38,353 nt of DNA from Porticoccaceae bacterium (lineage in GTDB: Bacteria; Pseudomonadota; Gammaproteobacteria; Pseudomonadales; Porticoccaceae). Position 1 is the stretch's first letter; every line of letters starts with the position of its first letter. A model generated the notes under the pieces. That model worked only from the letters and a program-made list of their open reading frames with translations. It was not told the DNA's origin and ran no database searches. Shown here piece after piece: positions 29,636-38,353 of this stretch. The stretch covers positions 1 to 38,353 of the forward strand of contig JBFFTH010000001.1 of assembly GCA_041571855.1 (NCBI GenBank), written 5' to 3'. The position numbers were made by a program, and so were the translations under genes.

Positions 29636-30454
29636 GTGAGTAAACCAACACTGGCATTTATCGGCGGCGGCAATATGGCGACCAGCCTGATCGGCGGCCT
29701 TATTCAGAAAGGCCAGCCGGCAGACCGGATTATCGCCAGCGACCCGTTGCCGGAAAACCAGCAGCGACTCCAGGCCGAGTTTGGCATCCGCACGACCAGC
29801 GATAATCTTGCAGCCGCTGCAGAAGCTAATGTAATCATTCTCGCCGTCAAACCGCAGATCATGAAGGCCGTGGCCGAGAACCTGCAACCGGCGCTTCAAC
29901 ACAAACCGCTGATAATTTCCATTGCTGCCGGCATCCCCATCAGCGCGCTGCAAAGATGGCTGGGAGGTGCCATTCCCATCGTCCGCTGCATGCCAAACAC
30001 CCCTGCCCTGTTGCAGACCGGCGCTGCCGGACTCTACGCCACCGACAAGGTCAGCGAGTTGCAGAAGTCTCTCGCGTCAGAAATACTCGGCGCCGTTGGC
30101 ATTGTCACCTGGGTTGACGCGGAAACCGGCATCGATGCCGTCACTGCCGTATCGGGCAGTGGCCCGGCCTATTTCTTTCTGGTTATGGAAGCCATGCAGA
30201 CCGTGGCTCAAGAACTGGGACTGAGCCCTGAAACCGCATCAGAACTGACCTTGCAAACAGCCCTGGGAGCGGCAAAGATGGCCATCGAAAGCGATGTCGA
30301 TGTCACGGAACTCCGGCGCCGGGTCACATCACCGGGCGGAACCACAGAGAGAGCGATACAGAGCTTTCAGGCCAACGGCTTTGAAGAGATGTTTCGTCGC
30401 GCCATGAACGACTGCCTCAAACGCGCACAGGAAATGGCCGAGGAAATGAGCTGA
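29636..30454 (+). CDS. proC: pyrroline-5-carboxylate reductase
   Basis: GTG start. MSKPTLAFIGGGNMATSLIGGL Rossmann motif. C-terminal VTSPGGTTERAI. Confidence 0.94.
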   Translation: MSKPTLAFIGGGNMATSLIGGLIQKGQPADRIIASDPLPENQQRLQAEFGIRTTSDNLAAAAEANVIILAVKPQIMKAVAENLQPALQHKPLIISIAAGIPISALQRWLGGAIPIVRCMPNTPALLQTGAAGLYATDKVSELQKSLASEILGAVGIVTWVDAETGIDAVTAVSGSGPAYFFLVMEAMQTVAQELGLSPETASELTLQTALGAAKMAIESDVDVTELRRRVTSPGGTTERAIQSFQANGFEEMFRRAMNDCLKRAQEMAEEMS

Positions 30455-30518
30455 AAAAGCATTCTCGGCCTCACCGTTTTTCAACAGGCTCCAGAAACTT
30501 TCAACCCGGAACTAAACA

Positions 30519-31106
30519 ATGGACACATTCGCTCAAGCAGCAACCTACCTTATCCAGACCCTGGGCAGTCTCTACCTGGGCGTACTGGTACTGCGCTTTC
30601 TTTTGCAATATCTCAGGGCTGACTTCCAGAACCCGATTTCCCAGTTTCTGATTCGCGCCACTCACACGCCGACGCGACCGATTCGCAAGCTGCTGCCGAC
30701 CTATCGCAGTTTTGATGGCGCCACCCTGTTACTGGCGGTGCTGCTCCAGTGGCTCGTCATTCAACTGACCGCAAGCATCAACGGCGCGGGCCTGGTCAAT
30801 ATCGCCTACGTCCTCGCCTGGGCCGTTATCGGGATACTCTCGCTGATTCTGAATATCTATTTGTACGGCCTGCTCGCGGTTATCATTCTGAGCTGGGTTG
30901 CACCCCATGCAAACCACCCGGCAATCATTCTCCTGCACCAGCTCATCGAGCCGGCGATGGCTCCTTTTCGGCGCCTGATTCCGCCCATTGGAGGCCTGGA
31001 TTTGTCGCCCATCTTTATGTTTCTGGTGATCAACCTGATTCGCATCTTTATCCTTTCGGGTGCCAGTGCGGTGAGATTGCCTTCGGGTATTGTGCCGGGC
31101 ATCTGA
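30519..31106 (+). CDS. yggT: YggT family membrane protein
   Basis: 195 aa with multiple TM helices. Conserved position after proC. Confidence 0.8.
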   Translation: MDTFAQAATYLIQTLGSLYLGVLVLRFLLQYLRADFQNPISQFLIRATHTPTRPIRKLLPTYRSFDGATLLLAVLLQWLVIQLTASINGAGLVNIAYVLAWAVIGILSLILNIYLYGLLAVIILSWVAPHANHPAIILLHQLIEPAMAPFRRLIPPIGGLDLSPIFMFLVINLIRIFILSGASAVRLPSGIVPGI

Positions 31107-31112
31107 GCGCCG

Positions 31113-31397
31113 ATGCACTACCACTGGCAAGAAAACACTTTGCTGTTGCACTGCCTGATCCAGCCGCGGGCATCAACAAACGAGATCGCTGGCGTTCATG
31201 ACGGCCGCCTGAAAGTGCGCCTCACCGCATCGCCAGTTGATGGCCAGGCCAATCTGGCTCTGCTCCAGGCCGTCGGCAAATGGTTTGGAGTCAGCAAGAG
31301 CCAGGTTCAGATTGTTCGCGGCAGCACCGGTCGCCAGAAAACACTGCTCATTCTGCAACCGTCCAAACTGCCTGATGAAGCTGACGTCAAAAAATAG
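31113..31397 (+). CDS. yggU: DUF167 (YggU) family protein
   Basis: 94 aa. ..LKVRLTASPVDGQANLALL..FGVSKSQVQIVRGSTGRQK is typical of DUF167. Confidence 0.85.
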   Translation: MHYHWQENTLLLHCLIQPRASTNEIAGVHDGRLKVRLTASPVDGQANLALLQAVGKWFGVSKSQVQIVRGSTGRQKTLLILQPSKLPDEADVKK

Positions 31398-31474
31398 CCG
31401 TCATTTCTTGCACTGATCTGAACCCGTCTTTAGACTTCTGACCATCCTCGCCACTACCAATCACAGGAATCCGC

Positions 31475-32641
31475 ATGCCAGAGGCCATGCCTGAAAATTC
31501 AGTCGGCATCGTCAAACCGGAGTTGATCAAATTCGATCAGCCCCTGTTGCTGACCTGTGGTCGCACATTGCCCGAGTTCCAGCTGATGGTTGAAACCTAC
31601 GGCACCCTGAACAGCAACAAGAGCAACGCGATCCTCATTTGCCACGCTCTCAGCGGCCATCATCATGCGGCGGGCTATCACAGCGAGGAAGACCGCAAAC
31701 CCGGCTGGTGGGATCACTACATCGGGCCGGGGAAACCCATCGACAGCAACCGGTTTTTTATCGTCTCGCTGAACAACATTGGTGGCTGCCATGGCAGCAC
31801 CGGGCCCCGCTCGATCAACCCGAAAACCGGTGAAGCCTGGGGGCCGGATTTCCCGCCACTGCGGGTCCGCGACTGGGTTAAAAGCCAGGCCATGCTGGCC
31901 GATCACCTGGGCATCAAGTGCTGGGCGGCGGTCATCGGTGGCAGCCTGGGTGGTATGCAGGCCATGCGCTGGGCGCTGGAGTATCCGGACAGGCTGCGCA
32001 ATTGCGTTGTGATTGCCGCGGCGATGAAGCTCACCGCCCAGAACATCGCCTTTAACCAGTTGGCGAGGCATGCCATCACATCCGACCCCAACTATTGCAA
32101 CGGCCACTATCTGAGGGAAAATGTCTCGCCGCGCAGCGGTCTGGCGCTCGCTCGCATGATCGGCCACGTGACCTACCTTTCCGACGAGGCAATGGGTAGT
32201 AAATTCGGCCGGGAACTGGGCTCTGGCTCCTTCCAGCGCGGCCTCAGCACACCGATTGAATTCAAGGTAGAAGGCTATCTGCGCTACCAGGGAGAGACCT
32301 TCTCCGGCAGTTTTGATGCCAATACCTACTTGCTGATGACCAAGGCACTGGACTACTTCGACCTTGCCCGTGAGTACAACCATGACCCGGTAGAGGCCTT
32401 CGCAAATGCCAGCTGCAGGTTCCTGGTGGTCTCCTTTTCCAGTGACTGGCGCTTTTCACCGGAGCGCTCTATGGAGATAGTCGATGCGCTGATCGCCGCC
32501 AACAGGGATGTCGCTTACACTGCGATCAAGTCAAACCAGGGGCACGATGCATTCCTGCTGCCTAACAAGCGCTATGAAGCGATTCTCGGCTCCTATCTCG
32601 AGAGAGTCGCCGACACCCTGAACGAGGAGTCTGCGCCATGA
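31475..32641 (+). CDS. metX: homoserine O-acyltransferase MetX (O-succinyl type in pseudomonads)
   Basis: Collinear with P. aeruginosa MetX ([24 protein letters not shown] nucleophile elbow, GHDAFLL). Its stop overlaps the metW start (ATGA at 32638-32641). Confidence 0.95.
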   Translation: MPEAMPENSVGIVKPELIKFDQPLLLTCGRTLPEFQLMVETYGTLNSNKSNAILICHALSGHHHAAGYHSEEDRKPGWWDHYIGPGKPIDSNRFFIVSLNNIGGCHGSTGPRSINPKTGEAWGPDFPPLRVRDWVKSQAMLADHLGIKCWAAVIGGSLGGMQAMRWALEYPDRLRNCVVIAAAMKLTAQNIAFNQLARHAITSDPNYCNGHYLRENVSPRSGLALARMIGHVTYLSDEAMGSKFGRELGSGSFQRGLSTPIEFKVEGYLRYQGETFSGSFDANTYLLMTKALDYFDLAREYNHDPVEAFANASCRFLVVSFSSDWRFSPERSMEIVDALIAANRDVAYTAIKSNQGHDAFLLPNKRYEAILGSYLERVADTLNEESAP

Positions 32642-33234
32642 CCATTCGCCTTGACCTGGGAATTATTCAGCAGTGGATCAAACCCGAGAGCCGGGTGCTC
32701 GACCTGGGCTGTGGTGATGGCGTGCTGCTGGAAAGCCTGCACAATAATCTCCGTGTCGACGGCTATGGCCTGGAAATCGGCGCCGAGCAGATCAAGGCCT
32801 GTATCGCCCGGGGGGTCAACGTGGTTGAAGCCGATATTGATGCCAGCCTGAGGCGTTTTGCTGACAAAAGCTTCAACACGGTCGTTATGACCCAGGCGCT
32901 GCAGGTGATGAAAAAGCCCGATGTGGTCCTGGACGAAATGCTGCGTATTGGCGATGAGTGCGTCATCACCTTTCCAAATTTCGGCAACTGGCATACTCGC
33001 GCCTACCTGAGCTTCCGTGGCCGGATGCCTGTTACCAGGCAGCTCGCCTACCAGTGGTATGACACACCCAATATTCACTTTTGCACGGTTCGCGACTTCG
33101 AAGCCATGTGTCACGAAAAAGGGATTCAGGTACTCCACCGCGAATTTGTCTCGGAACGAATTTTAAGCCGTCAGCTCAAAAAAATATGGCCGAACATGTT
33201 CAGCGAGACGGCTCTTTATCACCTGAGCAAGTAA
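32638..33234 (+). CDS. metW: methionine biosynthesis protein MetW
   Basis: 198 aa. [12 protein letters not shown]-binding motif. Translationally coupled to metX. Confidence 0.93.
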   Translation: MTIRLDLGIIQQWIKPESRVLDLGCGDGVLLESLHNNLRVDGYGLEIGAEQIKACIARGVNVVEADIDASLRRFADKSFNTVVMTQALQVMKKPDVVLDEMLRIGDECVITFPNFGNWHTRAYLSFRGRMPVTRQLAYQWYDTPNIHFCTVRDFEAMCHEKGIQVLHREFVSERILSRQLKKIWPNMFSETALYHLSK

Positions 33235-33263
33235 TGCTCAAAACAACCGCAATGAGGTGTGCA

Positions 33264-33698
33264 ATGAAACATTTTCTGCTTGCAATGCTGGCAACCCTGC
33301 TGTCCTCACCACTCCTCGCCGACACCGATACCTACAAACAAGTGGGCAATATAAAAATTCATTACAGCGCATTTGGCAGCAGTTTTATCCAGCCTGAAAT
33401 AGCTGCCACCTACGGTATTGTGCGAGGCAAAGACCGGGGGCTAGTCAACATCGCAGTGGTTCCGGATGGCGTCGGGCAGGGACAGGCCGCGCATGTGGAA
33501 GGTTATGTCAGCAATATTTTTCAGCAACAGCGCCCTCTGGAGTTTTTTGAAGTACGGGAAGGCGATGCTGTCTATTACCTGGCACCGTTCAAGTTTGAGA
33601 AAGAGGATCCTCTCACCTTCAAGGTTCAGGTAAAAGTGTCTCCGGAAGCACCCTTTGAAGAGATCTCCTTCCAGCGCATCCTCCACCATGAACAATAA
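33264..33698 (+). CDS. DUF4426 domain protein (secreted/periplasmic)
   Basis: Signal peptide MKHFLLAMLATLLSSPLLA after a GAGG RBS. Conserved position between metW and rdgB. The ORF-track start at 33081 lies inside metW. Alternative starts are 33234 and 33252. Confidence 0.75.
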   Translation: MKHFLLAMLATLLSSPLLADTDTYKQVGNIKIHYSAFGSSFIQPEIAATYGIVRGKDRGLVNIAVVPDGVGQGQAAHVEGYVSNIFQQQRPLEFFEVREGDAVYYLAPFKFEKEDPLTFKVQVKVSPEAPFEEISFQRILHHEQ

Positions 33699-33717
33699 CT
33701 GACTACCGGAGCCGCAA

Positions 33718-34323
33718 TTGAATCAAAAAGTTGTGCTCGCCAGCGGTAATCCGGGCAAACTCCGGGAATTCCAGCAGTTATTATCCGCCACCGGTCTTGA
33801 GGTTATTCCACAGTCCGAGTTTGCCGTCTCTGAAGTCGAGGAGACAGGCCTCAGTTTTGTGGAGAACGCGATCCTCAAGGCAAGGCATGCCTGCAGGATA
33901 AGTGGCCTGCCCGCCATCGCGGATGACTCCGGACTCGAAGTCGATGCCCTCAACGGGGCACCCGGGATATACTCTGCCCGTTTTGCCGGCCCCGGCGCGA
34001 CAGATGAGGAAAACAACCAGCTGTTGCTGAACAGGCTTTCCGGGGTGCCCGTGGAAAAACGCAGTGCGCGATTCCAGTGTCTTCTGGTCTACCTGCGACA
34101 TGCAGAAGACCCGACCCCCTATATTTGCCAGGGCACCTGGGAAGGCCGCGTCGCCTTCGAGCCCAGGGGAGACAATGGCTTTGGCTACGATCCGCTGTTC
34201 TGGGTTATGGAAAAAAACTGCCACTCCGCAGAGTTGCCCAAGGAGGAAAAAAACCGGCTCAGTCATCGCGGCAAGGCGATGGCCTGCCTGCTGGACGAAT
34301 TAAATCGTCGCGCCAGCTGCTGA
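33718..34323 (+). CDS. rdgB: dITP/XTP pyrophosphatase (RdgB/HAM1 family)
   Basis: TTG start with a [44 protein letters not shown]. Confidence 0.93.
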   Translation: MNQKVVLASGNPGKLREFQQLLSATGLEVIPQSEFAVSEVEETGLSFVENAILKARHACRISGLPAIADDSGLEVDALNGAPGIYSARFAGPGATDEENNQLLLNRLSGVPVEKRSARFQCLLVYLRHAEDPTPYICQGTWEGRVAFEPRGDNGFGYDPLFWVMEKNCHSAELPKEEKNRLSHRGKAMACLLDELNRRASC

Positions 34324-34343
34324 ATTGCCATCGCGACCGAATA

Positions 34344-35495
34344 ATGCACGAACCCATCCTGCAGCTGCCTCCACTTTCACTTTATATTCACATTCCCTGG
34401 TGTGCTCGCAAGTGCCCCTACTGCGATTTTAATTCCCATGCGGTCGACGACAGCATGCCGGAACAAAGCTATGTGGATGCGCTGATTCGGGACCTGGAAA
34501 ACGATTTACCCTACGCCCAGAAGCGGCCGCTGCAATCAATCTTTTTCGGTGGCGGCACCCCCAGCCTGTTTTCACCCCAGGCCATCGGCCGCATCCTGCA
34601 AGCCGCGCGCCGCAGGCTCGAATTTGCCGACAATATCGAAATCACCCTGGAAGCCAATCCCGGCACCAGCGAGCAGGAAAAATTTCAGGGCTACCGGGAA
34701 GTGGGCGTCAACCGGCTCTCGATTGGCGTTCAGAGCTTTAATGACGCCCAGCTGCAACGCCTGGGACGCATACACAGCGGCACAGAGGCCATCAGGGCGG
34801 TCGAGCTGGCAAGAACAGCCGGTTATGACAATATCAATCTTGACCTGATGCACGGGCTGCCAAACCAGACCCGGGAAGAGGCGCTGAATGACCTGAAACT
34901 GGCTATCGAGCTGGCGCCGGAGCACCTCTCCTGGTATCAACTTACCATAGAGCCGAACACGGTTTTTTACCGCCAGCCCCCTTCACTTCCCGCTGATGAT
35001 GTGCTGGCGGCAATTCAGGAGGCCGGGCAACAGTTGCTGACCGACAGCGGCTACCGGCAATACGAAGTTTCAGCCTACGCCACTCACTCAAGGCAGTCCC
35101 GGCACAACCTCAACTACTGGCAGTTTGGTGACTACATCGGTATCGGTGCCGGTGCACACGGCAAGTTGACCCTGCCCGATCAGCAGCAAATTATCCGCAC
35201 CCGTAAAACCCGCTATCCACTGGATTACCTTGCCCGGGAAACCGGTTATATCGCCGGACAGGCATCAATTCCGTCAGAGGATCTGGCACTGGAGTTTATG
35301 ATGAATGCGCTGCGCCTCACTGACGGCGTTCCCTTTGATCTGCTCGCCGACAGGGCCGGGCTGGACTTTGCGAGCATAGTGCAGATCTGGGAAAAACTGT
35401 ATCAGGACGAACTGGTAGAAACCCCGCAACAGCGACTGAAGACAACGCCCAGAGGATTCCTGTTTCTAAACCAGGTGCTGGAAAAATTTTCTTAA
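34344..35495 (+). CDS. hemW: radical SAM heme chaperone HemW (HemN-like)
   Basis: LYIHIPWCARKCPYCDFNS (CxxxCxxC), FFGGGTPS. 383 aa from the ATG at 34344. The ORF-track start at 34077 lies inside rdgB. Confidence 0.92.
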   Translation: MHEPILQLPPLSLYIHIPWCARKCPYCDFNSHAVDDSMPEQSYVDALIRDLENDLPYAQKRPLQSIFFGGGTPSLFSPQAIGRILQAARRRLEFADNIEITLEANPGTSEQEKFQGYREVGVNRLSIGVQSFNDAQLQRLGRIHSGTEAIRAVELARTAGYDNINLDLMHGLPNQTREEALNDLKLAIELAPEHLSWYQLTIEPNTVFYRQPPSLPADDVLAAIQEAGQQLLTDSGYRQYEVSAYATHSRQSRHNLNYWQFGDYIGIGAGAHGKLTLPDQQQIIRTRKTRYPLDYLARETGYIAGQASIPSEDLALEFMMNALRLTDGVPFDLLADRAGLDFASIVQIWEKLYQDELVETPQQRLKTTPRGFLFLNQVLEKFS

Positions 35496-35546
35496 TTCCA
35501 CGACTATAAGCTGACTTACGCCACCATCAACTTTCGGGAGTACAAC

Positions 35547-36023
35547 ATGCCTCATCAAATCACCAACAAGGCCGAAATGATTGCCAAGCTCAATGAAATA
35601 GTCGAGCACGAACTCGCTGGGGTTGTCCGCTACACCCACTACTCGTTCATGATTTTCGGCTTCAGCCGCATTCCCGTGGTCAGCTGGTTCCGCAGCGCGG
35701 CCAATGAAACCCTGGCTCATGCCACTGAAGCGGGCGAGATGATTACCATGCTGGGCGGCCATCCCTCGCTCGGCATTGGCGAACTGCTGGAGACCCACCA
35801 GCACGACATGGCAGAAATTCTGAAAGAGTCAATGGAGTTTGAAATCGAAGGCGTCAAACGCTATCAGGAACTGCTGGCACTCGCTGAAGAAGCCGGCTCG
35901 ATAACCATTGAAGAATACGCCCGCAGGCTGATTGCCGAAGAGGCCATGCATATCAGTGACATCGACAAAATGCTGCGCCGCCCCGGCGAAATTGAACAGG
36001 CCGTCGAGGTCGACGCACCCTGA
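35547..36023 (+). CDS. ferritin-like (bacterioferritin-related) four-helix-bundle protein
   Basis: 158 aa. Helix A E..Y (VEHELAGVVRY), helix C MEFEIEG and helix D AEEAMH fit di-iron ferritin-like ligands. Helix B reads NETLAH (E-x3-H). There is no Met at the position of the bacterioferritin heme ligand. Confidence 0.65.
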   Translation: MPHQITNKAEMIAKLNEIVEHELAGVVRYTHYSFMIFGFSRIPVVSWFRSAANETLAHATEAGEMITMLGGHPSLGIGELLETHQHDMAEILKESMEFEIEGVKRYQELLALAEEAGSITIEEYARRLIAEEAMHISDIDKMLRRPGEIEQAVEVDAP

Positions 36024-36163
36024 TTAACGCCAGCCAGGGCTAGCGCTACCCCTGCGGTGTGGTCACAGCTTTACCACGCAATTTGAAGCCTGGCTTTGTT
36101 TTGCCAGCAAACGGCAGGCCGGGTTAAGCGTTGATTGCGGCGAAAGACTCAAAACCTCCTCAC

Positions 36164-37204
36164 CTAGCAGCACCGCTCCACGGCAGGCTTCACCGCATCA
36201 AAAGGCAAGCCAGCGTCTCCGCGTGCAAAGACACCCCTGTGCTGTGAAAAATCTCCGCTGAATTCAAAGTGCCGGGCAAGGCGACTTTGATTCAGCATGC
36301 GCCAGGTGTTGCCAGAGACGGAAACAGGTTTCCCCTTGGGGAAACGGTGATACTTGTCCAGCGAAAAAGCACAAGCCTTGTTGGCAATGGTTCCGAGGTA
36401 ACTTACGGTCTGGCCATAATCCTCGGCGGATGATTCGAGACTGTCCAGCTTGAATAACCGGTAGGTAGCGGAAAAAAACTTGATCTCTCCAATCTTTTCT
36501 TTCACCGCAGCGCTGGCAATTCCAAGCTGCCTGTCCTCGACCAGCCTCGGATCGGCAAAACCGGCCCGCCTGGCCAGAGCAATGAAGTCATTCCAGTACA
36601 GCGCACCGCTCAGGCATTCGCCATAAAGCACCGGATCGGCCACCAGTTCAAGCGGCACCCGCCGGTCGGCATAAACATCCGAGAAGTACATCTCGCCGCC
36701 GGGTTTCAACAACCGATGGGCCTGCTGCAACACCGCGAGTTTGTCCGGGGAGAGGTTGATAACACAGTTGGAAATTATAATATCGAAGCTCTCATCGGCC
36801 AGCTCCAGTGCATCCAGTTTTTCGATATAACCTTTGAGAAAAGTCACGTTGGGCGCGCTGTAACCAAAGGCCCTGGCGTGATAATCAAGATGGGCATTGG
36901 CGACAGCAAGTTGCTCATCTGTCATGTCGACACCGACAATCGAACCGCGCTCACCAACCAGGGCGGACAGGACATAGCAATCCTGGCCAGAGCCACTGCC
37001 CAGGTCGAGGATGCGCATCCCCTGCAGGTCATCCGGTGCGACCAGGCCACAACCGTAGTATTTATTGCTCACCTCCGGGTGGATCTTCGCCATGATCGGT
37101 TTGATGTGCCCGGGAATGCTGTCCACGGTGCAACAGGCATCCGTCTTTAAATCCTGCGAGCCCTGCAATTCCCTGCCGTAATAATTTTTTACCCTGTCAT
37201 GCAT
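36164..37204 (-). CDS. arsM: ArsM-type SAM-dependent (arsenite) methyltransferase
   Basis: 346 aa. LDLGSGSGQD SAM motif. All four cysteines characteristic of ArsM are in context (TDACCT, YYGCG, SNCVINL, YGECL). Confidence 0.8.
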   Translation of the reverse strand: MHDRVKNYYGRELQGSQDLKTDACCTVDSIPGHIKPIMAKIHPEVSNKYYGCGLVAPDDLQGMRILDLGSGSGQDCYVLSALVGERGSIVGVDMTDEQLAVANAHLDYHARAFGYSAPNVTFLKGYIEKLDALELADESFDIIISNCVINLSPDKLAVLQQAHRLLKPGGEMYFSDVYADRRVPLELVADPVLYGECLSGALYWNDFIALARRAGFADPRLVEDRQLGIASAAVKEKIGEIKFFSATYRLFKLDSLESSAEDYGQTVSYLGTIANKACAFSLDKYHRFPKGKPVSVSGNTWRMLNQSRLARHFEFSGDFSQHRGVFARGDAGLPFDAVKPAVERCC

Positions 37205-37225
37205 ATCGATTCCACCTTTGTTGGG

Positions 37226-38353
37226 TCAGTGCCTTTTCCAGGCATGATACTTTTGTGCCCACTCAAGAACATTTTCCGGGGCATGGTTACGCTTCCACTC
37301 TCCGGCCACAAATTTATTCGCCTCACTGATAGTGGGGTAGGCATGGATGGTACCCAGAATTTTGTTGAGTCCCAATCCCCGCTTCATGGCGGTGATAAAC
37401 TCTGTGAGCATGTCCCCTGCGCGCTCGCCGACAATGGTCGCGCCGAGGATTTTGTCCCTGCCCTTCGGGGTGATCACCTTGATAAAACCACTGGCACTGT
37501 TGTCGGCAATGGCTCGATCGAGTTCGTCTATGCCGTAGCTGGTGATCTCGTATTCAATTCCCTTTTCGTTCGCTGCCGCTTCAGTTAAACCGACATGGGC
37601 AACCTCAGGGTCGGTAAATGTAACCCAGGGAATGACTGAATAATCAACCCGGTACTTTTTAAGGTCTCCCAGCAGGGTGTTCACGGTTGCATACCAGGCC
37701 TGGTGTGACGCTGTATGGGTAAACTGGTAGGGGCCCGCCACGTCGCCGCAAGCGGTAATGTTGGGATACCGGGTACGCAAATATTCATCGACCACAACGG
37801 TGCCATTGGCATTAACATCAATGCCCAATTCCTCAAGGCCCAGACCCGCTGTATTGGCGCGGCGACCAACAGCAACCAGCACTTTGTCAAAGGCAATGAT
37901 CCGGGTCTCTGCATTGGTTTCCAGCAAAGCCACGTTCTCGCCATCCCGAACATCAAAGCCAACCGTTTTGTGGTTCTCCAGCACCTCAACGCCTTCGCCC
38001 TTGAACTGCTGACGAAGAAACGCAGCCACATCCTCATCTTCCCGCGGTAATAGACGCGACCTCACTACCATCGTCACCTGCGAACCCAGCCGATTAAATG
38101 CCTGCGCCAGTTCACAGCCAATGGGACCGCCACCCATCACCAGCAGGCGCCGGGGCAATTCGGTTAACTCCCACAGATTGTCACTGGTCAGATAGTGAAG
38201 CTGTTCGAGACCGGGGATTGGAGGGACAGAGGGGCGCGCGCCGGTGGCAATGACGATATTACAGGTGTTGATTGTGCGACCATTCACTTCCACCTGCCAG
38301 GGCGAAACAATTTTTGCCTGGCCCGAGACACAGTCCACACCGAGGCTGGTATA
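37226..38353 (-). CDS. FAD-dependent pyridine nucleotide-disulfide oxidoreductase (mercuric reductase / dihydrolipoyl dehydrogenase family); N-terminus outside the window
   Basis: The frame stays open to the window edge (..YTSLGVDCVSGQAKIV..). NAD(P) site LLVMGGGPIGCELAQAF. Dimerisation domain ending HAYPTISEA. The redox CxxxxC would lie beyond 38353. Confidence 0.85.
   Translation of the reverse strand, partial: YTSLGVDCVSGQAKIVSPWQVEVNGRTINTCNIVIATGARPSVPPIPGLEQLHYLTSDNLWELTELPRRLLVMGGGPIGCELAQAFNRLGSQVTMVVRSRLLPREDEDVAAFLRQQFKGEGVEVLENHKTVGFDVRDGENVALLETNAETRIIAFDKVLVAVGRRANTAGLGLEELGIDVNANGTVVVDEYLRTRYPNITACGDVAGPYQFTHTASHQAWYATVNTLLGDLKKYRVDYSVIPWVTFTDPEVAHVGLTEAAANEKGIEYEITSYGIDELDRAIADNSASGFIKVITPKGRDKILGATIVGERAGDMLTEFITAMKRGLGLNKILGTIHAYPTISEANKFVAGEWKRNHAPENVLEWAQKYHAWKRH

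Noticed and set aside
31499-32383. A 294-aa minus-strand ORF antisense to metX. Similar cases: 23934-24728 antisense to gshB, 6272-6919 antisense to ahcY, 5114-5662 antisense to metK
   Set aside because: These are shadow ORFs opposite highly conserved housekeeping genes.
1-38353. Searched by eye for CRISPR-like regular repeats, tRNA/rRNA genes, IS-element terminal repeats, integrase/transposase/phage ORFs and abrupt compositional islands
   Set aside because: None was found. All long ORFs are accounted for by conserved housekeeping, pilus or methionine/SAM-metabolism genes in a Pseudomonas-like order.

Overview
Nearly the whole window is conserved core chromosome from a moderately GC-rich gammaproteobacterium, with gene order very similar to Pseudomonas as I recall it. 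I call 36 protein-coding genes. From left to right: (1) epd (partial) and tkt. (2) A DUF481 outer-membrane protein. (3) A SAM-cycle operon headed by an ArsR-methyltransferase fusion regulator (SahR-like): sahR-metK-ahcY-metF. (4) A CspA-type cold-shock gene. (5) A divergent DUF4332/DUF853 pair. (6) rsmE. (7) The type IV pilus chemosensory cluster pilG-pilH-pilI-pilJ-chpA-chpC on the minus strand. (8) gshB, a TonB-like gene, algH/yqgE and ruvX. (9) The retraction ATPases pilT and pilU. (10) yggS-proC-yggT-yggU. (11) metX-metW, a DUF4426 gene, rdgB and hemW. (12) A ferritin-like protein. (13) A minus-strand pair made of an FAD disulfide oxidoreductase (partial) and an ArsM-type methyltransferase. 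I saw no rRNA, tRNA, CRISPR array, transposase, integrase, phage gene or obvious defence island. I do not find convincing evidence for a novel multi-gene system here. The best leads are modest. They are: the oxidoreductase+ArsM module with no other ars genes; an acidic ~150-aa tail on PilJ in a Pil-Chp cluster that lacks both adaptation enzymes (pilK, chpB); a ~535-bp stretch (9195-9730) with no convincing gene; and a perfect palindromic operator in front of the SahR-like gene. Several ORF-track starts are upstream artefacts, and I trimmed them to homology- and RBS-supported starts. Long ORFs antisense to real genes were rejected.
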